Positions 53,090 to 64,000 of a DNA stretch of 64,000 nt are shown here, piece after piece. The DNA comes from Utricularia gibba. Its lineage: Eukaryota > Plantae > Magnoliophyta. The notes beneath the pieces were generated by a model. It saw only the letters and a list, made by a program, of their open reading frames with translations. It was not told the DNA's origin and made no database searches. The stretch is from the NCBI GenBank assembly GCA_002189035.1, contig NEEC01000013.1, forward strand, positions 496,001 to 560,000, in the 5' to 3' direction. Position 1 is the stretch's first letter. The number at the start of each line of letters is the position of its first letter. The translations under genes were made by a program, and so were the position numbers.

Positions 53090-54300
53090 TGGTAAGAAAA
53101 ATATTATAGTTACATTGAATATGTGTAGGATTGATGTTGTGTCAAATTTGATTATATTTGTAGTATTTTTAGTGTTTCGGTAAGGAGTTAGGCAAATTAG
53201 AATAAGGATAAAACTTTAAAATCGGAATTAGTAATTTTATTTTCAATAAAAACTTGTTTTCGACTTATTTGCTTCAATTTGAGGACTGGGATGAATTTAC
53301 TGCTCATCCAAGCCCAAGAATGGCCAGCTCATCTTGGTTGGGCCGTTAATTCTTATCAATCTATGCAGTCATTATTAGTTTAAGAGTAAAATGGAAAATA
53401 CATGTATACATGCATGATGAGATAAGAGGAGCCGGTGAGAAAGAAGGAACAAGCTTCTCCACGGCATGCCATAGGTGCGGGCCAGAGTGAATGGAGAAAG
53501 AAGAGAGAATTCTGATTTCTAGAGACTTTTCAGCGAGGTTGGAGCAGTTTTTGAAGGAAAAAGATGATGAAGGAATAATTCCAACATGACACTAGAACTA
53601 ACCTTCATTGTCCAAAACCCATCAAAGATAGAGACCTTCAACTGAGGAGCTTGAGAACTAGTCTGTTTGAGAAGAAGAAGAAGCGCAAGCGAGAATGAAT
53701 TGGAGCAGCATAAACAAATATTTTATTTTCTTGCATTGTTTTATTTCTACATTTCTCTTCATGAACTTGCTAGCTTATTCTACATTTCTTGTTTGAACAT
53801 TCACCTTGTTTGAATGTATTTCTCGACTGAACTTGTTTACTTCAATATTTTTGATATTGTTTTCACGTGCAAATTGGAACAGTAACTTGAGGATGTATTA
53901 GTCTTTTCCATAATGGTAAACTCTTGGATTAAGGGAAATCTTTTCTATTAATTTAAGATGAGAATTTACATATTTTGTTCAATGCTTTCTGATTAGGATG
54001 AATAGAAGAATTTTACGAATTTTAGCTAGAGTAGAAATCTACTTTAAGACAGATTCCTTGTTTAATCCCAAATACGCATAGGACTAACAATTGAAAATCG
54101 TGTACTTTATGTAGATCAACTTGAACTTAATGATATTGAATTACTTTATTTGCGAATGACATGTAGATTATCTGTTCAGCTTATAAATTTATTTTGATAG
54201 AGAAGATGTTTACATACCAATAACACTTTTAGAGTTTTCCACTCATCAAGGATAAAGTTAAAAAATATCGAAGTGATATAAATGCATCTAATTACAATCA
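53090..54300 (+). mobile_element. Degenerate LTR-like region (Athila-like layout)
   Basis: A T-rich start, a purine-rich centre (GAGAAGAAGAAG) and then a T-rich tail, as in the other LTRs here. Judged on composition only; boundaries are uncertain. Confidence 0.3.
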
Positions 54301-56441
54301 CATGCAACTTCATGTTTCCAAAGACATCGAATAATATATTAGTTATAGAATTATTTTTTTTAATATATTAAAATAAAAGTGATAAAATAAATTGAGAAAT
54401 TATGTATTTTAAGAAAACTTTTATATAAATTGCATAAATCATACTTGCCAATTTGTATTTTTATGATTATCACATATTCATGAACGTGATAAATTATATC
54501 CATCAAATTGTATTTTTAATAAAAAAATTGTTATGTTCTGCAATTGTTTTCATTATTTTTATAAAAATTAAATAAATTTGTTTATGGGATAGCCACTTTT
54601 TTAAAACACTACACAATGGTAATTTTTTAAGGATATAATTAACCTGGAGATCTTTGATTTTGCACGGACGGAGACAAAAAACGAGCGTGGTTCATAAAAC
54701 GTTGATATTAATTAGCAAACGTTCTGATGGTTTGTCTGCATTGCAGTATAGATGCTGCAATGATTGATCTCATCTATGCGGCTTAAGAAACAGCAATTCC
54801 ACTTGTAGTAGATGCTGAAAAAAATGTGATGACAATTATTTAAAGACTGACTCTTTACAACCAAAGACGAGAATCAAGGAAAAGTAAACACAAGATGGGG
54901 ATCGTGGCTTAGTTGAAGTCGAGCAGAGCTTGCCCTTGATGCCGAGTCAAATTGAGTTGGAGGAACTGGCTTCATTGCCGTATAAAACAACACTGCATTA
55001 TCCGATCATGTTGTGTGGACAGCAACGGGACTTTTGGACGTCTTGGTGTGGGCGGGGGCACCGGGCTTCTAGCTGTCAAAAACCGCGTGTGTTTATCATT
55101 CACGACCCGACCCCATGGTTTTGACAAACACCATTCCGCTTGATGAAAGTAAAACTCGTGTGTATGTATATTTGTGTTTTATATCTTATAAAGATTACAT
55201 AAAGCGCCATGATGTATTTGTTAGAATGCATAGTACCACATCAAAAAAAGAAATTAATATAATTAAATATATAAAAATTATGAATCAATATAAGTAAATT
55301 GTAACTAATTTTTTATATTATGATTCATATTTCTTGTATACTTAAACTTCATCTGTGCTCTCATGATCTATCAGATCTTGAATTTCAACAATATTAAGAC
55401 CATATAGGTTTTGGTTCTCGGTTCACCGGAATACTGAAGCTTAACTTATTACCAAAGAACACGATTTATAATCCTAAATTAGGTAGGCTAACACTTGTGC
55501 AATGTATTTGAGCCATTCATATTTTGGGTTGCAAGAGGAAAACAAATTTACAAGAATATATAGGTTGTGTTTAGTATAACTTTTCAAAAATCATTTTTCT
55601 AGAAATATTTCTGTAAAATTAAGAAATTGAGATTTTGCAACTTCTTTTTTTTAAAGATGCTTTTTAAATTTTTTGATTTGTTCAAAATAGAAATCCTTTG
55701 TATTTAAAATAAAAGTTTTAAGAAAAGTACTTATATAACATTTCTACAAAAACAAAAGTTATGATAAACATAACAATTCACATCTGACCAAAAACTGCTT
55801 TTAATTGCATGTGCTAATAAGAAGCGCTTCAAAATTATGATAGTTTTGGAATAAAAATTATTCATATTTATTAAAAAATTAGTTTTGAAGTATTTTTGTA
55901 AAAACATAAATCACGTCTTAATTGTATGAGTTGGTAATAAGCACTTCCAAATTTTTGTTATTTTTAGAATAAAAATTATTCATATTTATTAATAAAATTG
56001 ATTTTGAGTATTTTTTTTAAAAAATACAAACTACTTCTAAATAGTATATGATAATAATGGGTACTTTACGATTTATGAGAAATCTTAATAACATGATAAT
56101 AATAGGTACTTTACGGTTTGTGAGAAGAGAACCACCTCCATCTTTTTGGTTCTTTAGGGCTTAACTTTATGCCTTCTCTTCAAAAATTCAACCTTTATTC
56201 CTTCCAAAGGTAACTTTCACCCAAGTAATCCCCAACGATTCTTATATATTTTTTTTCGAATTTTTAATTCGGAGTGAAAAAGATCACTTGAATTAACTAA
56301 TGACGTTAAGCAGTTGAGCCGTCATGTCAAAAAGAGTCATTTCTCCAAACCTTCAAATACGAATAGACACGTACACTTTTGGCCTAAATAAAAAAGAGTA
56401 GACCAAGTTCACATTTCTCCGGCCCCTCTCTTCTCCGATCG

Positions 56442-56905
56442 ATGGAAGACCACAGCTGCGGCGCCACCGACCGGCAACCACCGTCGCCCCCCTTTTCAAT
56501 AACCCAACAAAACAATCCCTTTCCGACCACCTTTGTCCAGGCCGATACCGGCAACTTCAAGCAAGTCGTCCAAATACTGACTGGAACCCCAGGGAAGACG
56601 AGGGAGAGCTCTCCGGCTTCGAGGCTCTACGAGAGAAGAAAAGCTGTGAGGATGAGTCCTTTGGCTTCTAGGTCACTGCGTAGGAGTAAGCCTGAGATTA
56701 CGTCGCCGAGTGTCCTCGATTTTCCGGGACTGGTGCTCAGTCCGGTGACTCCGCTCCTGGATTCCAATACGGCGCCGGGGAGGAGGAGGAGGAGGAGAAG
56801 GCCATTAAAGAGAAAGGATTCTACTTCCACCCCAGCACACCCAGAGATTCTCAACCTCCACTTCTCCCACTTTTCCCCGTCACTTCTCCATCACCACGTG
56901 AGTGA
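56442..56905 (+). CDS. VQ motif protein (VQ4/VQ11/MVQ-type), intronless, about 154 aa; one-base frameshift in GGGG at 56777-56780
   Basis: TTFVQADTGNFKQVVQILTG (FxxxVQxLTG), RLYERR and SPSVLDFPGLVLSPVTPL are present. The conserved tail EEEEEKAIKEKGFYFHPSTPRDSQPPLLPLFPVTSP lies in the shifted frame and ends at TGA 56903-56905. One extra G restores a 465-nt ORF. Confidence 0.9.
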
Positions 56906-59029
56906 GTTTACTATTTCTATCTTCGCGGTGGCTCCATTAATTCTAATTTGTAAAATTGTTAAGTTATCCACTCGGCCAATGTGCCTAGTTGCCCATGTTC
57001 ATCGTCATTTGTTACTTTAACCATTGATCAATAAGATCCTTCATCAGAATGCTTTTGTTATTGTTTTTGTTAAAAAGAAACCCTAACTACAGACCATGTC
57101 ATTCGATCGACTTTAAAATTGCACTATAACCAACACTATTTTTACAACGAATTGCGGTGCTAGACGTGGTCCGGAATCTCCAAACTTTCTTCTGAAGATA
57201 AGATCACATCATGAACAAGCTTGAAAAAATAAAAAAGGAATGGGTTGCCATTTGAGTACTTTCCTTTTTGCAAAACTAGAAAATACTTGTAGAAAACGTA
57301 ACTTGTTTGGATTTTTCTTACAAAATTAATGGAGGACCACTAAAATTCAGGAGGAAAAAATAATATTATCTTCATCATCTGCACAATGAACTGACAAGTG
57401 CAAGACTTTGCTACACAGACTCAGACTGGACACCAGTGGGCCATGCGTCCGTGTGAACGTTTGGACCAGCCGCTGATGGTTTGGGAATAGTCGTCAACTT
57501 TTTCTGCGCTTACAAGGATAGAATCTCCCTCCACCTTCATGGGACTGAGATTTACCAGTTGTGCTCTCTGTTTATGCTACTCGCTTTGCGTTTTCCTGAT
57601 TGATTGGCGCATAAGAAGTCAGATGCTGCACACATCAGACCAAGATATGTAAGAGATTAGAGTTTCATATTATAAATTACAAGGACAGGTCAGTTACTAC
57701 AGCAACCGGGTGCCATCAACTAGGGTTGGAGTAGAAGAAGAGAACTTTCCGCCAAAGGGTCCTAAGATTTCGACAGCTCTTGTTGACTCTGAGGGACATA
57801 CACAAAACTGATAGCATTAAAAGAAACAGCAGACTTATGGCTTATCAGATTGCATAAAAAAATAATAAAATTGTGATATCTGCATGGAAATGAGTGATCC
57901 AAGTCAAGTAACAAGTTGGTTTGGACAGAAGCTGGTCATTGAGAAGATGTAATAATAAATAGATGCCTACTATTTGTGGGCCCCCGCCGACAAGGATTGG
58001 TATTGGGCCGAACAATTTGAACCTAGGCTTATTATGGATTGTCGAAAACAAAAACCATTTTAATGGAAATCTATTTCTCTAACACATTATTATACTTTCT
58101 CCAATAATGCTGATAATTAATTTTTATATTATTTAAATGGTTTGATATTTTTTCAATTCCAAATAGCATTAAGAGTAATGTATAAAATGATTTTTATAAA
58201 CCGCTTGATTTTTTATAACATTCTGTGTAATAAATTGTAGCTACATCCATATCTCATGTTCATTTTATTGTGAACATTGGTTGCTACTATACTATCCTTT
58301 CAAACGTTTCCAAAAAATTCCCATATTTTTGGATTTGTCTAAACCATAAAGTAATTCCTCTCACCTTATTCATTCTTCACATCTACTAGGAGCTATTACT
58401 TGTCATAGATTAAAATTCTTTGCAATTAATGGTGCATTATCAACTCCTTATCATATATTAAAGTTGATAACTCTTCATTTTGTATCTAAATCCATCTCTG
58501 GATTGTTTTCTTATAAATTAGCTGCAATCCCTCATAGGAATTTACTCAATCGTTAAAATTTATTGTCCGGCAACTTCTAACCACCTTTTTGTATGGTGTC
58601 TTCCACACCCACATGCCATTTTTCACTTCTCCTATTATTGCGTGTTGTTTACTCAATAAATTTTAATTAGAAAAACGTAAAATAAAAATAAGCGTAGTAC
58701 GAGTGTTAATCTTAAGGAGTTGAGTTTTGTAAAAAAAATATTTTGTGCTACACTTTTACAAATTATCATAGGTTTGTAAAAGTGGTTTTAAAATATTGAA
58801 ATATACAATATAAGTAATGAACCTTGAATAAGTGAAGCAATTTCTATAAAAGAGATTCCATTTTCTCTTTTATCTATCCTCGTCTCATCTTTTATTGATT
58901 CATTCCGAATAACTGGTTATAGGAGTAAGAAATAGTCTACTCTCTCTTACACTTTCATATACAATGAGGTACGAGAATAGCCTCATTTGAATTCTCTCTT
59001 AAGTGATTTAGATGACAAGAATTATGCAC

Positions 59030-59720
59030 ATGCACCCAATTGTTGCCAATGATCAATGATGGGTATGAGGTCATTACTATCCATTATTGAAGTATCCAGA
59101 TCACAAACAATTCGCTATCTTCCTTGAATCAATAGAGTTGGAAATGATGCTCTTCAACTTGCTTTTCATCAAAATCCATGAAGAGTGACTGATTATTCAT
59201 GGATCATGACTAAGAGAGGTTATAAAAATAATGCAATATGATGCATGGAAATATGAGAAATCTAGAAGAAATTCAGAGAAAAATCAAAATTTGTGCTCAA
59301 AATATTAAAGGAAACTTCATCAATTTCTAGAAACTAAAAGAGTTTATCCACGAATTACTATGAAAATAGAAACTGTAAATCGAAACTAAAAGTCTTCTTC
59401 CTCCCTATGGTGGAGATGAAGAGCATGTTCAAATGCAAAAAAAAAAAAAAAAAAAAAAGTGCGAAAAAAACCAATCCAAGGTGTTCTAAGTTTTGCTTTA
59501 ATTCCCTCCCATGTTTATTAACTTCTTTTGTTTTATTTCTATCATTCTTTATGTTCTGTGTATGCAATCATTTTTTCCATTCATGAAAGTAAATATCCAA
59601 TCATTATTACAAATTCTCACATGTCGTAAGTCATGGGCCCTGAACAATATCAATCTTTTGCCCACAATGGATCTATTTTGCGTACCTGTCACGAAATGTT
59701 AATGTTTTATCCCTTGCAAG
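59030..59720. mobile_element. Retrotransposon internal non-coding remnant, homologous (inverted) to 61140-61960 and (direct) to 63900-64000
   Basis: TGTTGCCAATGA.CA.TGATGGGTATGAGGTCA occurs at ~59042 and ~63917. The blocks CATCAAAATCCA, AAAGAGTTTA.CCA.GAAT, CTTCCTCCC...GGTGGAG and ACATGTC.TAAGTCA recur on the minus strand of 61140-61960. Confidence 0.7.
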
Positions 59721-59994
59721 TTTCCCGCAACACTCCAAGACCAAGATTGCTTATTGCCACATTTAGGTGAAAGTACATGAAACCATTACAAAAATATAGA
59801 AAAATAATAATAATTAGATTTTTATAATAAAATCAATTACTTATTAATAAAACTCCTAATTTAAATGACTTAATTCTAATTTGGCATGTAATAATGCATA
59901 CTAAATAAGTAGAAAATGACACTTAACACCTATCTCACTAACATTTTTCTCCTTTTTTATGGTCATTTATATAATATTGAATATATTTTTATCA

Positions 59995-60340
59995 ATGGTC
60001 TCTCTCCAATCCATCCGTCAAACCAAAACTTAATGTTCTCTCCATTCCTAGCCTTCCATTGGATGCTTCATAATTCAAATTGACATCATTTTTTATTCAC
60101 ATTCACAATCCTTCACCAATAACTTTTTAATAGGAAGGCATTCACCTATATTCATTCCTCCCTCTTTCCTATGAATTTAGGCTATGAACCTCTTCCATAG
60201 TGCACAATTTCCATTCAAGAACTTGTACCACCATTTAGCAAAGAGCATCTATTTTATTTGAGAGACATAATATTCAATCCACCTTTGGAATATTCTTGTC
60301 TACATTTCCTTGTTTTACCTACTATCCATTCAAACAATAA
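59995..60340 (-). mobile_element. LINE (L1-like) ORF2 fragment, C-terminal to RT
   Basis: Minus-strand translation with frameshifts gives KGGLNIMSL...AKWWYKFLNGNCALWKR...WRIVNV...IQWKARNGENI.FW.DGWIG. This follows the typical plant LINE pattern GGLG..L...N.ALL.KW.W and G.G..I.FW.D.W. Confidence 0.7.
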
Positions 60341-61139
60341 TTATACCTCTATGCCTTCATTTTCTAATACACTTACAAAGGCTATATATAATGATAGACT
60401 TGGAAAAACTGATTATATCAATACAAGTTTATAACTTTTAGAAATATGCTGTCACAATCATACACTGATTATGCTCAATGTGTTGCCTATAATTGTATCA
60501 TGTTCAATGCTCCTAGACACATTAGACCCATAGAAATTTCAAGGTAACAATTCACAGTTCCTCTCATTGACAATCTCATATATTAGCCTTCGTTTCATCC
60601 AAGCTTTTCAATATATTTAATCTTATATATTGAATAAAATATATAAATTTTTTAGTAAAAAATAAATTTTTTATCATGCAATATAATTTATTTAGAATAT
60701 CTTGATAAGTGATTTTATATTACTTATATTGAGATTTTTTATGACTACTTTGGTTCACTCTATATATATTTTGTTAATTTTTTCTATGCTTTTAGTGAAT
60801 TTTATATTTTTGTATTAATTTAATCTTTTTGGAGGGAAAGTATGTTTTGTAATTTATGAGGATGATTTCGACTTAAATTAGAGAAATTAGGTTAATCTTG
60901 ATGGCTGAGAATGTCACATATCATTTACTCAACAAATTTTAATTTAGAAAAATGTAAAACGTAAATAAGCGTAGTACGAGTGTCAATGTTAAGTGTAATT
61001 TTCTAAGTATTTATTATATATTATTAGTGCTAATTAAGTATTAAATCACCCAATTAAGGATTTATATTGATAATTGTTCTATTTTCTTAGAAAAATCCTA
61101 TTTTTGTATTTTGTATATATTTTATTGTCTTTTTTTGTA

Positions 61140-61960
61140 CACTTTCATCCAAAATGTTTGGAGGCAGACTTGGAGTGTTGTAGGAGACTTGAAGGAGAAA
61201 AACATTGATATTTCATTCCTTTCACGTGGCTTTGGTAAATTATGAATGGAAGATTGACACTAGTCAAGACTCTTGACTTATGACATGTCAGAGTCTGTAA
61301 CAATGATTCGGCGTTTACTTGCATGCATATGAAAGCTTTTGGCGCATGCAAGGCATAAAAAATGATTGGAATGGAGTAGAAGAAGTTAATGTACATGGGG
61401 AGTGAATTAAAACCAACTTGGAACAATCTCTTTCGAATCTTTTTTTGCACTTTATCTCTAGACTTAGAACTTTTGGTTCTTCCGCTCCACCAAGGGAGGA
61501 AGCACACTTTAGCTTTTCAATTCTTTTTCTGTTTTCATGGCCATTCATGGCTAAACTCTTTGGTTTGTGGGAATAGATGAAGTTTACTTCCATGTCTTGT
61601 GCATCAATCTCGGTTCTTTGTTGAATTCATTCCAGATTTTGCATACTTCCACACATCTTGTTTTAGTCTTTTTGTAACATCTCCTAGTCAAGATTCATGA
61701 GTAGCAGGCTATTCCTCGTGGATTTTGATGAAGAGCAAGATGAAGAGCAAGATGAAGAGCACCATCTCCAACCCTTTCGGTTCAAGGGAAATAGCGAATT
61801 ATTTCTCATTGAGGTACCGCGACAATGGACATGTAGCGACCTCGTACCTACCATTGGTCATTGGCAACAGCTAGGCACATGCTCAAAATTTGGTTTTGAA
61901 GGCAATCGACGGCAATCCTCTTATCTTCTCAATCGTCCAAGGGGAACCACATGAGTGCCT
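61140..61960. mobile_element. Retrotransposon internal non-coding remnant, inverted relative to 59030-59720 and 63840-64000
   Basis: 61840-61960 is a diverged reverse complement of 63830-63950. 61250-61760 is a diverged reverse complement of 59150-59640. Confidence 0.7.
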
Positions 61961-62019
61961 CCTTGTCAATCAGAATATAAACGAAAATAGGTTATTCCTT
62001 GCTCCTATAAGTAGCTATT

Positions 62020-64000
62020 TGATAAACGGAAATTTTAGCAATGTCGTTGCAAATAAAGAAAATCTCCGTATCAAATAAATTTATAAGCCCTAATCTATAC
62101 AAAATACAAATTTAGAAAACTTGTATAGTGGATTTCGAGGTTGATCACAAAGAGCTTGTGCTTGTCATGTATTTCAGCAAATGCAGAATTCAAAATAACG
62201 GTAAATCTTAGTCTAAGCTCAGACCAACAATGGTAAACAAGTTCGGTAAACAAGATCAGTAAATACTATCAGGTCTCACCGCTAAATGTAACAAGTACTG
62301 ATTCTAACTCAAAGTAATACCCAGGTCATTCATCACTCTTTTGGCTAAATTAGTCCCCAATATCATCACCAACATTGCAATTAGGTCTATCCGCATACAA
62401 GACATATAGAACTAGGTCTACCCAGTTCTACTAGTTCTACCCCGGACTAACACCTATTGCTCCCGTCTTGATTTGTGGGTTTACCTCTAAATCAAGCATC
62501 TAAGTTGTGAAGTTACTTATTCCCCTTCTTAGGTAGACACCCATGGATTGATAGAAACAAGAGCTAAGGCACAATGATGAATTTTATTATGAATCCTAGA
62601 TCCACACCACCATACTTTATCTTAAGACATCCAAAGGGTTCTAGTCACTCATATTTGGAAGGTAAAAAGCAATGACATTAACATTAAACAACGAAAATGT
62701 TAAGAACATCGTGCAAAAAGTTGGTTGCAGAAACTAAAAACATAAACAAACGAAAATAAAGTAGTAAGAGTTCTGGTTTCAATCTACTACTGTTCACAGG
62801 CCGGAACAGTAGCACTGGACTGGGTCTTAATCTCCTTCTTTCATGCTGGAGGTTCTTCGGTATTCTTCGTGTTCGAGTTGGGGGAGAGACCCCCTTGTGT
62901 GTGTGTCGCAAACTGCTGGTCATCCCTCTTGCAACTCTCTATCCTCCATTTTTTGCTCTGTCTCGCACTTCCCAAAGCAGGTACAATCTCTGACAAATCT
63001 GCTGCTCCTGGCCCTAACTTGCAGACTACTGCCGCGACAATGTACTCATTGCTCCCTGCAGCGTGGTGACTTGCATGAAATCTAGAATTCTTCCTTGATT
63101 CTCGGGTTGATGCTAGACTCAAAAATCAGGTTAGACATGGGATGGGCTAAATCAAAGGATTTAGCCCACTAACACAACATAAATCATATTTTTCCTAATC
63201 AAATGAAAATATTTAAAACTGTAAAATTAACAACTAAAAATCATTAAAATTTTAGTATAGAAAGTAAGAAAATTTGTGTGCTATCATACTACGCTATAAC
63301 GACACCAAACTTGTCCCCAAGTCCTACCCAAGACTAGCAGGAAACCGGTTACTTCAGTATCAGTAATGAACATAAACAACTGAAAGTTATTTCCGGTGCA
63401 TGTGCTACAAAAGTGCAAGTGTGCATGTCATTTCATCACTCAAATGTGCATGAATAGATTCCTCTTGATAAGCGATTTCGAAGATCATATCTTATAGAAT
63501 TGATCCCTTCAAAGTCACTTAAGGTCATGGTTGCCAACCCATTTTTTTTCTTCTTTTTTTTTCTTTTCCTTTCTTTTTTTTGGGCAGTGAAGGGGCAGCT
63601 TGTTCTAGACTAATCGGGGCATAATTTAATTGTCCTTTTCTTTATCAGAGTGTTGGCTAAGCACTCACACATTATAACACCAGTCGATCTCAAGGAATTG
63701 AGTTTTGCAAAAAGTGTTTTGCATTAAACTTTTACAAATTGTCATAGATTTGTAAAAGAGAGTTTTTGAAATACAGAAATAAAAGACATAATACAAGTAA
63801 TGAATCTTGATTAAGGGTAGTTTTTGGGAAATGGATTCCATTCCCTTGAACGATTAACAGGACAAGAGGATTGACGTCAGTTGCCCTCATAACCAAATTT
63901 TGTGCATGTGTCCAACTGTTGCCAATGACCAGTGATGGGTATGAGGTCACCACTTGTCCATGGTCGCGGTATCTCGGTCACAAAGAATTCACTATCTCCC
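62020..64000 (-). mobile_element. 3' LTR (62020-63286) plus 3' internal region of an Athila-like Gypsy element that continues beyond the window
   Basis: On the minus strand the LTR starts TGATAGCACAC (63286) and ends CCGTTTATCA (62020), with termini like the 32137-33337 LTR. It is preceded by CTTGGGGACAAGTTTGG, reminiscent of the Athila pre-PPT motif. The flanks CTATT/TACTA do not match, so it is not a solo LTR. Confidence 0.65.

Noticed and set aside
54826-54850. C/D-box snoRNA (GTGATGA...CTGA)
   Set aside because: The boxes are only about 20 nt apart with no terminal stem, which is too short for a snoRNA.

Overview
Plant (angiosperm) nuclear DNA with AT-rich, transposon-littered intergenic space and GC-richer genes; there are no prokaryotic features. 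Six apparently functional protein-coding genes can be reconstructed by hand: an ERF084-like AP2/ERF (+, 10424-10992), an ERF003/ESE3-like group V ERF (-, 2 exons), cinnamoyl-CoA reductase (+, 5 exons, 335 aa), a 62-aa two-exon conserved small protein that the ORF track misses (-), an NPF8/PTR-type transporter (-, 4 exons) and a VQ-motif protein (+). A decayed tandem NPF copy spans about 7.4 kb and is broken by a solo LTR, a short LTR-like element and a MULE. Transposon relics include two PIF/Harbinger Myb/SANT ORFs (one split by a solo LTR with a perfect TATGC TSD), a MuDR transposase, an ancient Copia with nested Gypsy-type LTR pieces, a LINE fragment and an Athila-like cluster at the right end. 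The most notable observations are these. (i) The intact NPF has lost the ExxER motif and the TM4 lysine used for proton coupling, and its pseudogene shares the motif loss. (ii) There is a hidden microprotein gene. (iii) A possible spliced antisense transcript runs into the NPF 3' end. (iv) Two regulatory genes (ERF084-like, VQ) each lack one G in a GGGG run, which is probably an assembly error. All calls are manual; family names come from recalled consensus motifs, not database searches.
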